A DNA stretch of 32,000 bases from Nitrososphaeria archaeon (GTDB lineage Archaea > Thermoproteota > Nitrososphaeria > Conexivisphaerales > Conexivisphaeraceae): the NCBI GenBank assembly GCA_046536535.1, contig JAWDMO010000003.1:1-32000 (forward strand), read 5' to 3'. The position numbers and the translations under genes are program-made. The notes below the pieces were generated by a model. It was not told the DNA's origin. It was given only the letters and a program-made list of their open reading frames with translations, and did no database searches. This document shows positions 1-8,342 of this stretch, one piece after another. Positions within the stretch are counted from its first letter, which is position 1; every line of letters begins with the position of its first letter.

Positions 1-127
1 TGCGCCGGTCCCTATCGCCGGGCATGGCCCGGGTAACGCAGGCCCGGCGCAAGTGCGCTGGATCAAAATCGGCGGACAACGAGCTCGGACCGCGCAACAC
101 GGCACAAAATCCCTATCATTCGCTAAA

Positions 128-201
128 AGCCTCGGGCGGGATTTGAACCCGCGACCTCCGCCTTACCAAGGCGGCGCTCTAGCCAGCTGAGCTACCGAGG
201 C
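128..201 (-). tRNA. tRNA-Thr (anticodon GGU)
   Basis: The reverse complement folds as a 74-nt cloverleaf: GCCUCGG-UA-GCUC-AGCUGGCUA-GAGC-G-CCGCC-UUGGUAA-GGCGG-AGGUC-GCGGG-UUCAAAU-CCCGC-CCGAGGC-U. It has a 7-bp acceptor stem and a canonical T-loop. CCA is not encoded. Confidence 0.9.
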
Positions 202-222
202 GCGAAAAATTCCCCCGGTCAA

Positions 223-230
223 TTTATAAG
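223..230. promoter_or_regulatory. TATA-like box (TTTATAAG) shared by divergent tRNA-Thr and the 254 CDS
   Basis: This AT-rich octamer in GC-rich DNA lies 24-31 nt upstream of the GTG at 254 and about 22-29 nt upstream of the tRNA 5' end on the other strand. Confidence 0.45.
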
Positions 231-253
231 CGTTCCCCCGTCGAATTATACGT

Positions 254-1186
254 GTGGAGAGAATAGGCCTCTTGGATGGTCTGGAACTCCTCTCACCGTA
301 CCCGGCCGCGATCATGGGGGATGCCCTCCTGGTCGCGGATCTGCACCTGGGGATCGAGGAGGATCTGGAGCTGCAGGGGATCCACGTGCCGTACGACATA
401 TCTGGGGAGATCAGGAACACGGTGCTCGATGCCCTCCGGGAGGGCGGTACCAGGAGGCTCATCGTCATTGGGGACTTGAAACATGAGCTGGGATCGGGGC
501 TTCGCGCGGAATATGACGAGGTAGGGAAACTTCTGCGCGGCGCCGCGGAGCTGGGTGTGAAGACGTCGTTGGTCCGCGGCAACCATGATAACTTCATCGC
601 GCCGACGGTCAGGAGGCTTGGAGGCGAAGTGCTCCAGGACTTCGCGATGATCGACGGTTGCTGCCTCGCCCACGGCCACGCGGATTTCCGCCCGGGAAAT
701 CGCGGATGCAGGTGCCTCGTCATTGGGCACGAACATCCCACGGTGACTGTGATGGATGAGGTAGGCGTAAAGCATCGGTTCAAGGCATTCCTCTGGGGCA
801 AGGTGGACGGCGTGGAGACGCTCGTGCTTCCGAGCCCGAACCCCCTGGCGGGAGGTATGCCGGTGAACGAGGTCGGAGCAAATGAGCTGCTTTCCCCGAT
901 CCTGAGGAGGATCGGCGTGGACTCGTTCGAGGTCTACGCCCTGGAACCGCGCGAGGCGATCGTGCACATGGCGACCGTGGACGCCCTCAGGGCGCTCTTG
1001 GCGCCCCGACACCGCGTGAACGGTTCGAATGTACTATATCGAGCTGTCCGACAGGCCGATCACGGGGCCCGGTCGAAGCCGATGCCATCCGCGCGCGCAA
1101 CTATACCCCGATGGACGAAGTACACCTGGCGCACCGCGAGCTCCGCATCGAACTCGTTCAGCGCTGACACCGCGTCTACGGGATAG
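254..1186 (+). CDS. calcineurin-like metallophosphoesterase
   Basis: GTG start. Carries the metallophosphoesterase motif series VADLHLG, IGDLKHE, RGNHDN, AHGH, IGHEHP. The last ~60 aa are R/S/A-rich, overlap the convergent gene and look unconserved. Confidence 0.75.
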   Translation: MERIGLLDGLELLSPYPAAIMGDALLVADLHLGIEEDLELQGIHVPYDISGEIRNTVLDALREGGTRRLIVIGDLKHELGSGLRAEYDEVGKLLRGAAELGVKTSLVRGNHDNFIAPTVRRLGGEVLQDFAMIDGCCLAHGHADFRPGNRGCRCLVIGHEHPTVTVMDEVGVKHRFKAFLWGKVDGVETLVLPSPNPLAGGMPVNEVGANELLSPILRRIGVDSFEVYALEPREAIVHMATVDALRALLAPRHRVNGSNVLYRAVRQADHGARSKPMPSARATIPRWTKYTWRTASSASNSFSADTASTG

Positions 1187-1674
1187 ACCACGTTGTAACC
1201 CCTCACCGACGCGCCGGACGCCGCGTGCAGGACGCAGATGTTGGCCACGGTGCCGGTTACCGCGATTGTGTCGACCTTCAGAAGCCTCAGGTAGTGGTCG
1301 AGCGGGGTCCCATAGAACGGGTCTATCGTCTGCTTCCTCACCACGAGGTCGCGCGGACCGGGGGCCAGATCCCCTATTATTTCCGAGCCCCATGTGCCGG
1401 CCACCGCATGCTCCCCCCATATCTTGAACTCGGGATCGTCCGGGAGATGCCAGTCCTGCGTGTAAATAATCTGTACGCCGGAGGATCTCGCGCGGTCGAC
1501 GAGCGATTTCACTTTCGGGACCGTGTCGGGGGCGGAGGGCACGAATAGCTTCCCCCTGGGATCCACGAAGTCGTTCTGCATATCGACTATCAGGAGCGCT
1601 GACGTAACGGGGTCCAGGTGGACCTCCTCCGATACCCGATATTCCGGGATCACAACCTTCCTGAGGCCGGACAT
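1060..1674 (-). CDS. isochorismatase-family cysteine hydrolase, nicotinamidase (PncA)-like
   Basis: LLIVDMQNDF, YTQDWH and VTGTVANICV motifs match the Asp/Lys/Cys hydrolase family. Confidence 0.8.
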   Translation of the reverse strand: MSGLRKVVIPEYRVSEEVHLDPVTSALLIVDMQNDFVDPRGKLFVPSAPDTVPKVKSLVDRARSSGVQIIYTQDWHLPDDPEFKIWGEHAVAGTWGSEIIGDLAPGPRDLVVRKQTIDPFYGTPLDHYLRLLKVDTIAVTGTVANICVLHAASGASVRGYNVVYPVDAVSALNEFDAELAVRQVYFVHRGIVARADGIGFDRAP

Positions 1675-2075
1675 CGCCCATTCCCGAGGCCGTCCCCGCC
1701 CTTAAGCGCTTCCTCACCATAAATCTCGCGCACCAAGCCCATCAGCACGGACACGTCGTCCGGGCCGAAGCTGAACTCGCGCGTATACGGGCAGTCGGGA
1801 TCGAGGATGGCCGCGCCCCGCTCCGCGGACCAGACAAGCGGATATATGCGACACCCGTCCGGCCTCCGCTCGTAGACGGTGCACAGGCCATCTTCCCCCA
1901 GGAAGAAGCAATCGCCGCTATCCTTCGTTGCCAGCACGAGGACTCCGTCCACATGCCTGGTGAAGTCCTCGCGCCTGTAGCCGAGCGACTCCAGCCTCTC
2001 CACGTCCCGCATAGTGAGGGGCATCTCCGTCCTCACGCAGCATGAGTGGCATCCGTGCGCAATGCATGGATTCAA
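1650..2075 (-). CDS. YkgJ/UPF0153-like Cys-cluster (Zn/Fe-chelating) protein
   Basis: N-terminal C-x4-C-x2-CC cluster (CIAHGCHSCC) plus a second Cys set (GDCFFL, GLCTVY, DGCRIYP). Its 3' end overlaps the start of the next gene by 25 nt. Confidence 0.6.
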   Translation of the reverse strand: MNPCIAHGCHSCCVRTEMPLTMRDVERLESLGYRREDFTRHVDGVLVLATKDSGDCFFLGEDGLCTVYERRPDGCRIYPLVWSAERGAAILDPDCPYTREFSFGPDDVSVLMGLVREIYGEEALKGGDGLGNGRCPASGRL

Positions 2076-2346
2076 GTCGAGAACCCCTGTGTATGCTTAA
2101 GTAAACTATCCGTCCGCGAGGGCGGGGCTTTCCTGTTCATCGGCGCGCTTATCTTCACATATGGGATCGGGAAATATCCCGGCATACTCGCGGAGGCGCG
2201 GTCATACCCGGGCGTCTCCCCCGCGTTCCATGAAGAAAGCCCCTCCATACTTATCACCATGGCCGAGGCATCTGCCATTATTTTGCCATTACGTAAACTA
2301 CCCCGCCCTCGCGGGAGGAGTCTTCCGCCCCCTTATTCCCCGGCCG

Positions 2347-2634
2347 TTAAAGCCGCAACCCGTAAGCCTTGGCGAAGCGCTCGAGCCTCTCGTATTCATC
2401 CAGGAACTTCAGGCCGATCTCCGTGAGCCTGTAGCCCTTCACATCGCCGGACTCCACGATCTCCAGCATGCTGCTCTTGGCCAGCTCATCGAGTATCCCG
2501 GACAGCTTCGCGTACGACGTGTTGGCCTTCCTCATGACGGCCGATATCCTGGCGAAACCCTCGTCCCCGGCCCCATCCCTCACGGCCCTCAGGACATCTG
2601 CGTAGAGACGGACCCTGCTCCTGTATACGCTCAT
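2347..2634 (-). CDS. small archaeal winged-helix transcriptional regulator (HTH_45-like)
   Basis: The 95-aa product starts at the internal ATG MSVYRSRVRLYADVLRAV... and ends ...GYRLTEIGLKFLDEYERLERF. The upstream part of the 321-aa track ORF is R/G/P-rich shadow sequence of the membrane gene. ATGA start/stop overlap with the upstream gene. Confidence 0.7.
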   Translation of the reverse strand: MSVYRSRVRLYADVLRAVRDGAGDEGFARISAVMRKANTSYAKLSGILDELAKSSMLEIVESGDVKGYRLTEIGLKFLDEYERLERFAKAYGLRL

Positions 2635-3215
2635 CCGCCTCCCTCCGCGCCCCTGTAGGAGTAGACGCCCGACGCCAGCAGCAGCGCGTATCCCGCGGCC
2701 TGGACCGCCTCCACGATGAGCAGGTTCGCTATCCCGAGCGACGTGAAGCCGAGCACCAGCGATGCGAACAGCACGTAAAGGCCGGTGGCCGTCAGCAGGC
2801 TCGCCCGGTACCTGTTCTCGGTGTAGAAGATGGTTGTCTCCACGGCGGCGTAGAGGACCAAGTAGAGCGAGACGCCCTTTGCCAACGTGTACGCCGCGAG
2901 GACCGGTGTGGGCAGCATGAGCAGTAGCATGTAGGATGCGGACGCGCGGGGGGATACCGAGTACACGTGTGAAATCGCCAGCACGAAGAAGGATACCGCC
3001 ATCACTGCTGAGCTGAGCGCCAGCGCGATTTCGGAGCTCAGGATGAGCCACGCTATTTTGAGGGCCGAGCTGAGCGCCAGTAGGCCGAACGATGCCGCGA
3101 GGAGCCGGAGGGTCCTCGATTCGAGGCCGAGCGCGGCCCTCGCGGAGAGGGCGGCCAGCGCAGCGGTCAGCGCGAATTCTAGCACGACCAGCGCGAGCAA
3201 CTGCACCGGGAACAC
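2631..3215 (-). CDS. polytopic membrane protein, unknown function
   Basis: 194 aa, almost entirely hydrophobic L/A/V-rich helical segments. A TATA-like element (revcomp CTTATATTT at ~3238-3246) lies ~25 nt upstream. Translationally coupled to the wHTH gene. Confidence 0.65.
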   Translation of the reverse strand: MFPVQLLALVVLEFALTAALAALSARAALGLESRTLRLLAASFGLLALSSALKIAWLILSSEIALALSSAVMAVSFFVLAISHVYSVSPRASASYMLLLMLPTPVLAAYTLAKGVSLYLVLYAAVETTIFYTENRYRASLLTATGLYVLFASLVLGFTSLGIANLLIVEAVQAAGYALLLASGVYSYRGAEGGG

Positions 3216-3357
3216 ATCGTGTACGGGGCGAATGGAAATATAAGCATTTAGTGCAGACGATGCGCCTCACGATAGCTGGACCTATACGCCGATGCTGTTC
3301 ATCCATATACATCCACGTCGGGCGATCGAGCCTGCGCCCACCCGGGAGATGAGATAT

Positions 3358-3367
3358 CCTTAAAAGG
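3358..3367 (+). promoter_or_regulatory. TATA-like box (CCTTAAAAGG) for aSUI1
   Basis: AT-rich element ~30 nt upstream of the GTG at 3394. Confidence 0.4.
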
Positions 3368-3393
3368 AGGCTTCGGCCTAGCTGTTACGAACA

Positions 3394-3705
3394 GTGTCTC
3401 AGGATATATGTCCGGTCTGCGGACTGCCGAAGGATCTCTGCGTATGTGGGGAACTGGAGAAGGAGCAGTCCAAGATAGTCGTGAAGTTGGAGACGAAGCG
3501 CTACGGCAAGCCCATGACGGTTATCGAGGGACTCGATGGCAAGGAACTCGACGTCCACGATCTCACGAAGCAGTTGAAGAGGAAGCTGGCATGCGGCGGA
3601 ACGGCCAAGAACGGCGCGATAATGCTGCAGGGGGATCACCGGGATAGTATAAGGGGGATCCTGGTGGAGCTGGGGTTCAAGGGAGATGGCATAGAGGTCT
3701 ACTGA
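3394..3705 (+). CDS. sui1: translation initiation factor aSUI1 (eIF1 homolog)
   Basis: N-terminal CPVCG...CVC knuckle, then KRYGKPMTVIEGL...LKRKLACGGTAKNG...LQGDHR, the typical SUI1 domain. Confidence 0.9.
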   Translation: MSQDICPVCGLPKDLCVCGELEKEQSKIVVKLETKRYGKPMTVIEGLDGKELDVHDLTKQLKRKLACGGTAKNGAIMLQGDHRDSIRGILVELGFKGDGIEVY

Positions 3706-3785
3706 GGTGCCCGCGAGCGAATATGTAATTTGATCCGTGCATGTGATTCGGGGCTCGCCGAGCCAAGCTGGTAGTAAGTATTGCC

Positions 3786-4388
3786 ATGCGCACTGGGATC
3801 TTTGAGGTCGATGGCAAAGGATATCTGAAGCCGCGGGCCGACCCTCGGGGTATGTGCGTGCTGGGATATGATGAATTCATCGAGGCCAACGAGCGCTACA
3901 AGGTCATACATCCGTTCAACGCCGAGCTCATGGATGGGGACGGCTATGTCCTGACGGTGAGGGACGACGTCGAGATCAGGTATCTGGAGCACAGGAACTT
4001 GGTATCGCATGAGATAGTGTTCGTGCCCCCGAACTACGTCGCGCACCTGACGGCCAAGAGCAGGTTCGGGAGGCTCGGGATATCGTTCCTGAACGCCGCG
4101 AAGGTGCACAGCGGATTCGCGGGGAGGCTGGCCCTGGAGGTCGTCAACCTGAACAACGATCGCGACAGCGTGACCGTGAGGAGGGGCGAACCGTTCATGC
4201 ACTTCGAGCTCATGAGGAGGGAGGGAGTTCCAAGGCCTTATCAGGGGAGGTATATGTTCCAGTTCATGGACGACGAGGAGGTGGAAATGTACCTCAAGTT
4301 AATAGGGAGGGAGCTGGCGGATGTCATGGACATGAGGACCCTCAGGGAGCTGGCCGGGAGGAGGGTCAGGGCCATAGAGGAGATCTAA
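3786..4388 (+). CDS. dcd: dCTP deaminase / dUTPase-fold family protein
   Basis: SRFGRLGISFLNAAKVHSGFAGRLALEVVNL matches the dCTP deaminase core. The family-typical N-terminus begins at the internal Met (MCVLGYDEFI, nt 3852), so the true start may be 3852. Confidence 0.7.
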   Translation: MRTGIFEVDGKGYLKPRADPRGMCVLGYDEFIEANERYKVIHPFNAELMDGDGYVLTVRDDVEIRYLEHRNLVSHEIVFVPPNYVAHLTAKSRFGRLGISFLNAAKVHSGFAGRLALEVVNLNNDRDSVTVRRGEPFMHFELMRREGVPRPYQGRYMFQFMDDEEVEMYLKLIGRELADVMDMRTLRELAGRRVRAIEEI

Positions 4389-4715
4389 TTGGTCCAGAGG
4401 AAGCTCACGCGCGTCGAGAGGCTCTTCATAAGGTCAGGCGAGAGCGCCAGGGCGGCTGGGCTCTACCGCAGGAGGGTGCTGAACCTCGTAGCGTCTATCA
4501 TAGCCAACCAGTCCATGAACAGGCGCGAGTATGTCCAGGTGAAGCTCGGGCTCCTGGAGATCTATAGGGCGATTTCGTCCCGGAAGGCCGGGCTTGAATG
4601 GTTGGAGCGCGCGTATCTGGCGCTGGAGGAGCTCGAGGGGCTCGCCAAGGAAGGTGCGGAGCCTGGGGTGCTCTTGGACATGGTGCGTGAAATAAAAGGG
4701 GAATTGAACCTGTGA
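4389..4715 (+). CDS. hypothetical helical protein
   Basis: The ORF starts (TTG) on the base after the dcd stop. Composition looks coding and no homology was recognised. Confidence 0.4.
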   Translation: MVQRKLTRVERLFIRSGESARAAGLYRRRVLNLVASIIANQSMNRREYVQVKLGLLEIYRAISSRKAGLEWLERAYLALEELEGLAKEGAEPGVLLDMVREIKGELNL

Positions 4716-4718
4716 GGC

Positions 4719-5702
4719 CTAGCTGGCCTCCTCCTTAGCCTTCAACCTATTGGCCTCGGCGACCGCAAGCGCGTCGTCCAGACCCAGCGCCGCCTTGAGA
4801 CCCTTGTACCGGTTCCTTATCGTGACCTCCGTCACGCCCGCGGCCTCCGCTATCTCCTTCTGGGTCTTGTTCTCGCCCTCGAGCACGCATGCTATGTAAA
4901 GCGCCGCGGCCGCCATCCCCATCGGATCCTTGCCGGCGGATATCCTGACTTCGGACGCCCTCCTCAGGAGCTCCACGGCCCTCCTCTGGACCCTCTCGCT
5001 GAGCCCGGCCTTGCTCGCTATCCTGCTCACCGACTTCACGGGATCGGCGATCGGCATCCTCAGGTCTAGCTCGCGGACCAGCAGCCTGTAACATCTGGCG
5101 ATATCCTTCTTCTTGAGGCCGCTCACCTCGGCTATATCCTTGAGGGTCCTGGGGGTCTCGAGCGCCCGGCACGCGGCATAGAGCGATGCGGCTATCAGCC
5201 CGCTTATGCTCCTCCCCCTCACGAGGCCCTTCTCGAGCGCCTTCCTGTAAACGTACGCGGCCCTCTCCACTATCGCCTGGGATACGCTCAGCTTGTCGGC
5301 CAGCGTGTCCAGCTCGTTGAACGCCTGCCTCAGGTTCCTGTCCACCGGCTCGTGTACCTGGCTCCTGCTGTTCCACGTCCTGAGCCTCTGCATCATGCTC
5401 CTCACGGGGGCCTCCAGCGGCTTCCCGCTCGCGTCCTTGTCCCTCGGGCCTATGACGGTGGCCAGCCCCATATCGTGCATGGCAAGCGAGAGCGGGACGC
5501 CCGCGCGGCTCCGGTCATCCTTCTCCTCCTTGCTGAACGCGCGCCACTCCTGTCCGGGGTCTTCGATCCTCTCCCTGACGACGAATCCGCAGTTGGAGCA
5601 GGTCAACTCCCCTGTGTTAGGATCCATGATCAGCGTGCCCTTTCCGCACCTAGGACACCTAGATCCGGGTTCGTACTCCATGAAACTTGGCCCATAGACC
5701 AA
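4719..5702 (-). CDS. tfb: transcription initiation factor IIB (TFB)
   Basis: Zn-ribbon CPRCG...CSNCG followed by two cyclin-like repeats and a C-terminal HTH (IAEAAGVTEVTIRNRYK). Start is either TTG at 5702 or ATG at 5681. TATAAAA (revcomp of 5723-5729) lies upstream. Confidence 0.95.
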   Translation of the reverse strand: MVYGPSFMEYEPGSRCPRCGKGTLIMDPNTGELTCSNCGFVVRERIEDPGQEWRAFSKEEKDDRSRAGVPLSLAMHDMGLATVIGPRDKDASGKPLEAPVRSMMQRLRTWNSRSQVHEPVDRNLRQAFNELDTLADKLSVSQAIVERAAYVYRKALEKGLVRGRSISGLIAASLYAACRALETPRTLKDIAEVSGLKKKDIARCYRLLVRELDLRMPIADPVKSVSRIASKAGLSERVQRRAVELLRRASEVRISAGKDPMGMAAAALYIACVLEGENKTQKEIAEAAGVTEVTIRNRYKGLKAALGLDDALAVAEANRLKAKEEAS

Positions 5703-5765
5703 CTATTAACACCCCAAATGGTTTTATACCCGAGTGGTAATAGATATGAGACCGATATTTAAACT

Positions 5766-6587
5766 TTGTTGAGGATCAACGCGCTCGAGGAGAGGGCCAG
5801 GCGCGCCGCGCGCAGATACGACGGCCTGTCCATCGCTATCATAGGCTGCGCCGCGGAGGGAATCCCGGCCGAATGGTGTCCGATGGATGTCGTGGCCTTC
5901 CCGAGCGAGGAGGAGGGTCAGGAGATCTGGAGGGAGCGCGGATCCGTCGTCAGGATAATAGTCGCGCGGAGGCCGCCGCGCGAGGAGATCCCGTCGATGA
6001 TAATCGTCGATGATAGGTCCATGGAGGCAGCTGCACTGAAGGCGAGCTGGAAGGATAGGAGGGAGGAGCTGGCGCGCGCCGTCGCCAGGCGCGACGCTAT
6101 GGATGCCGCCGAGAGCACCGCCAGGGGGCTCGAGGCCGCGGACGCCACGGCCGTATACTACTACGCGATGAAGTCGTTCTCGCTCCTCACATCGTCCGCC
6201 GTGGCGGCGGCCGGCAGTATCCCGAGGCCAGCGCACTTAGTTAGACAGGCGAGGGCTCTGGACGTGTTGCCGCCGGGTCCGCCCGGCGAGCTGGCGCATG
6301 TGAAGAGAGTTGTGGATGCCGTCGGTAGGATCCTGTACTCGGAGCTGGACGAGGAGGTCGAGGGATATGTCTTCCGCAGGAAGGCCGAGGCGCTTATCGA
6401 GTCGGGGCTCCTGCTTGACGCAATCACGCTGGCATTCTACGAGGCATCGCGTAGAATAGGTGACGACCTCGCCCTAGCGCATATGAGGAGCGCGTGGAGC
6501 CCGGAGGACGGCAGGGCTTTTCTGATGAAACTGGCGGCCGAGGAGTCCAGAATCTGGAGGCACATCCGGAAGTCTGGCAGGGGATGA
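5766..6587 (+). CDS. hypothetical protein
   Basis: 273-aa ORF with a TTG start and coding-like composition. An AT-rich box (TAATAGAT, 5739-5746) lies ~24 nt upstream. No family recognised. Confidence 0.5.
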   Translation: MLRINALEERARRAARRYDGLSIAIIGCAAEGIPAEWCPMDVVAFPSEEEGQEIWRERGSVVRIIVARRPPREEIPSMIIVDDRSMEAAALKASWKDRREELARAVARRDAMDAAESTARGLEAADATAVYYYAMKSFSLLTSSAVAAAGSIPRPAHLVRQARALDVLPPGPPGELAHVKRVVDAVGRILYSELDEEVEGYVFRRKAEALIESGLLLDAITLAFYEASRRIGDDLALAHMRSAWSPEDGRAFLMKLAAEESRIWRHIRKSGRG

Positions 6588-6640
6588 AGCGTCCGCTTTG
6601 CCGCACATCGGACGCCGTTGGCGGCTGTTCGTGAGTAGCT

Positions 6641-6892
6641 TGCTGTGTACACGCGCTTTTCATTTCAATCAACGCGGCCATCAACCTCCACCTGGGGATG
6701 AAGGGGGTTTCCCCGCCCGTGGCGGAGAAATGGATGTATATCCGCCCACGTATGGTGGATTGATACCCCCGAATGGAGGCGGAGGAACTCCGATGAACCC
6801 GCGAGGGGTCTGTATGATGCCGTGAAGCCCCAGCTCTACGCGTACGACAGGTACACTGATGCGTACATGTGCGCGCCTATGTAGAGCGAAAC
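6641..6892 (+). mobile_element. decayed IS200/IS605-type tnpB 3' end plus right-end omega-RNA-like scaffold (copy A)
   Basis: One frame reads ...CCVHALFISINAAINLHLGMKG, resembling the TnpB C-terminal C..CG..D.D.NAA.N motif. About 220 nt are near-identical to 9346-9576. Similarity ends at GTAGAGCGAAAC. Confidence 0.6.
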
Positions 6893-6974
6893 CCGTCGAT
6901 CCTATGGAACAATTTCGCATGCGGCGTCTCGGATAAGACCTCCGGGAGGGCAGTCGATCCACGGCCTGACCTCG

Positions 6975-7316
6975 CTACTGTGAGGAGGACTCCGTGGCCT
7001 TCTTGAGCGATATCCGGCTGTCCTTGAACTCGAGCTCGTAGACGTCGTTGACCTCGAAGCGTATTCCTAGCATCTCATACTCGTCCTCGGTCAGGTAGAG
7101 TACTATCTTAGGCATGGCCATCTCCCTCATGGGGGGCACCAGGCCCCAGCTCTGAAGCTGGTTCATGAGGTTTGAGAGGAGGGCTGCCTCCTCCTGGGGG
7201 GCTCCGATGAATCCGGACGTGTGCCTCCTGACGCCGATGAGCTCTATCTGTTTCCCGGACGCGCCCGTCTCGGGGTCCGTGAAGCTCGATATGCGGAACA
7301 CCCTGACAAGGACCAA
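6975..7316 (-). CDS. hypothetical 113-aa protein (last gene of the recombinase-like/DHH operon)
   Basis: TTG start 29 nt after the DHH stop, on the same strand. Coding-like composition. No family recognised. Confidence 0.5.
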   Translation of the reverse strand: MVLVRVFRISSFTDPETGASGKQIELIGVRRHTSGFIGAPQEEAALLSNLMNQLQSWGLVPPMREMAMPKIVLYLTEDEYEMLGIRFEVNDVYELEFKDSRISLKKATESSSQ

Positions 7317-7345
7317 GGATATCCCGGGTCATCGCGCAGCCTGAA

Positions 7346-8320
7346 TTAAACGTTTTCCCGGTCGTCGTGCAGCCTGAAGTCGATTCCAGACAGCCTCCCC
7401 GCTATGTAATCGGCTATTGCGTCCAGTTGCTCCTCGGTCGGATTCGGGAACAAGTCCTCTATTGATCCGCCGGCCGCGTGCCGGAGATGCCCGCCTCCCC
7501 CGAACGCCTCGCCTATCGCCTTCGCGTTCACGTCGTCACGATCGCTGCGTATGCTCAGATGCCCCCTCCCGGACACCATGAATATGATGTCGCCGCCGAT
7601 TCTCTCTTGGACAACGTTGGAAGCGTCCGTGCCGCTGTAGGCGCCGCGCAGCCCCACGACCAAGCGATATCCGTTCACCTCGCGAACCCTAGACCTGAGC
7701 AGGAGATCGTAGTCTTGCCTGAGTATCTTCCCATATTCCCTGGCCTGGATGTCCATCTCTACAGTCCACAGGATGCCGAGCGAAAGCGAATTTATCAGGC
7801 GCAGTTTCAGGTCATCCCCGCGGCCGCCGATGTAATGATAGTATGATATCAGGCGGGATAACATGTCGGCGAGCGGTTCGCTCCTCAGGTTGAAGTCGCT
7901 GTCGTGGGCCAGCTCCGCGAGCCTGGACTCCACGGGATCACCTGCCCTTCCCACGTGCTCCAGGACGACCTCGGCCGCGCACCTGCCCTCCGTGTCGTGT
8001 GTGAGCAGGTCGACGACATCCCCGACGGCCCTTACGCAGTCGTCATCCCAGGCGTGGTGATCCAGCCATAGTACCCTAGCGCCCCGGGTCTTCCAGCCGG
8101 ATACTATGGACGCCCATCTCGATATGCTCTTCCTATTGCAGCCTATGTCGGCTATGATCACGGTCTCGCCGACCCCCGGCCTCACATCCCTCTCCACCGC
8201 GTTCACGTATTCATCATCGTAGTCCGCGAGCGCGACCTGTGCCCCCGGATTCTCCCGGACGACGATCGCGGCGGACGCCATGCCATCGAGATCCTTCGTG
8301 TGGGTTATCACGACTACCAT
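7346..8320 (-). CDS. DHH/DHHA1-family phosphoesterase (NrnA / RecJ-core-like)
   Basis: Motif I ITHTKDLDGMASA, motif II IIADIG, motif III WLDHHAW, motif IV HDSDFN, and DHHA1 motif FGGGGHLRHAAG. Confidence 0.85.
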   Translation of the reverse strand: MVVVITHTKDLDGMASAAIVVRENPGAQVALADYDDEYVNAVERDVRPGVGETVIIADIGCNRKSISRWASIVSGWKTRGARVLWLDHHAWDDDCVRAVGDVVDLLTHDTEGRCAAEVVLEHVGRAGDPVESRLAELAHDSDFNLRSEPLADMLSRLISYYHYIGGRGDDLKLRLINSLSLGILWTVEMDIQAREYGKILRQDYDLLLRSRVREVNGYRLVVGLRGAYSGTDASNVVQERIGGDIIFMVSGRGHLSIRSDRDDVNAKAIGEAFGGGGHLRHAAGGSIEDLFPNPTEEQLDAIADYIAGRLSGIDFRLHDDRENV

Positions 8321-8342
8321 ATGCGCGAGTTCCCGGAGGTAC

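Noticed and set aside
2635-3312. N-terminal two-thirds of the 321-aa ORF 2347-3312(-)
   Set aside because: It is R/G/A/P-rich and overlaps, out of frame, the hydrophobic membrane-protein ORF. Only the last 95 codons (from the ATG at 2634) look like a real wHTH protein.
5766-6587. Possible degenerate minimal nucleotidyltransferase / HEPN-like features in the 273-aa hypothetical (IIGCAAEG...MDVVAF; RIWRH)
   Set aside because: Only one acidic residue sits where the GS...D.D motif needs two, and the R-x3-H spacing does not fit the HEPN R-x4-6-H motif. There is not enough support to annotate.
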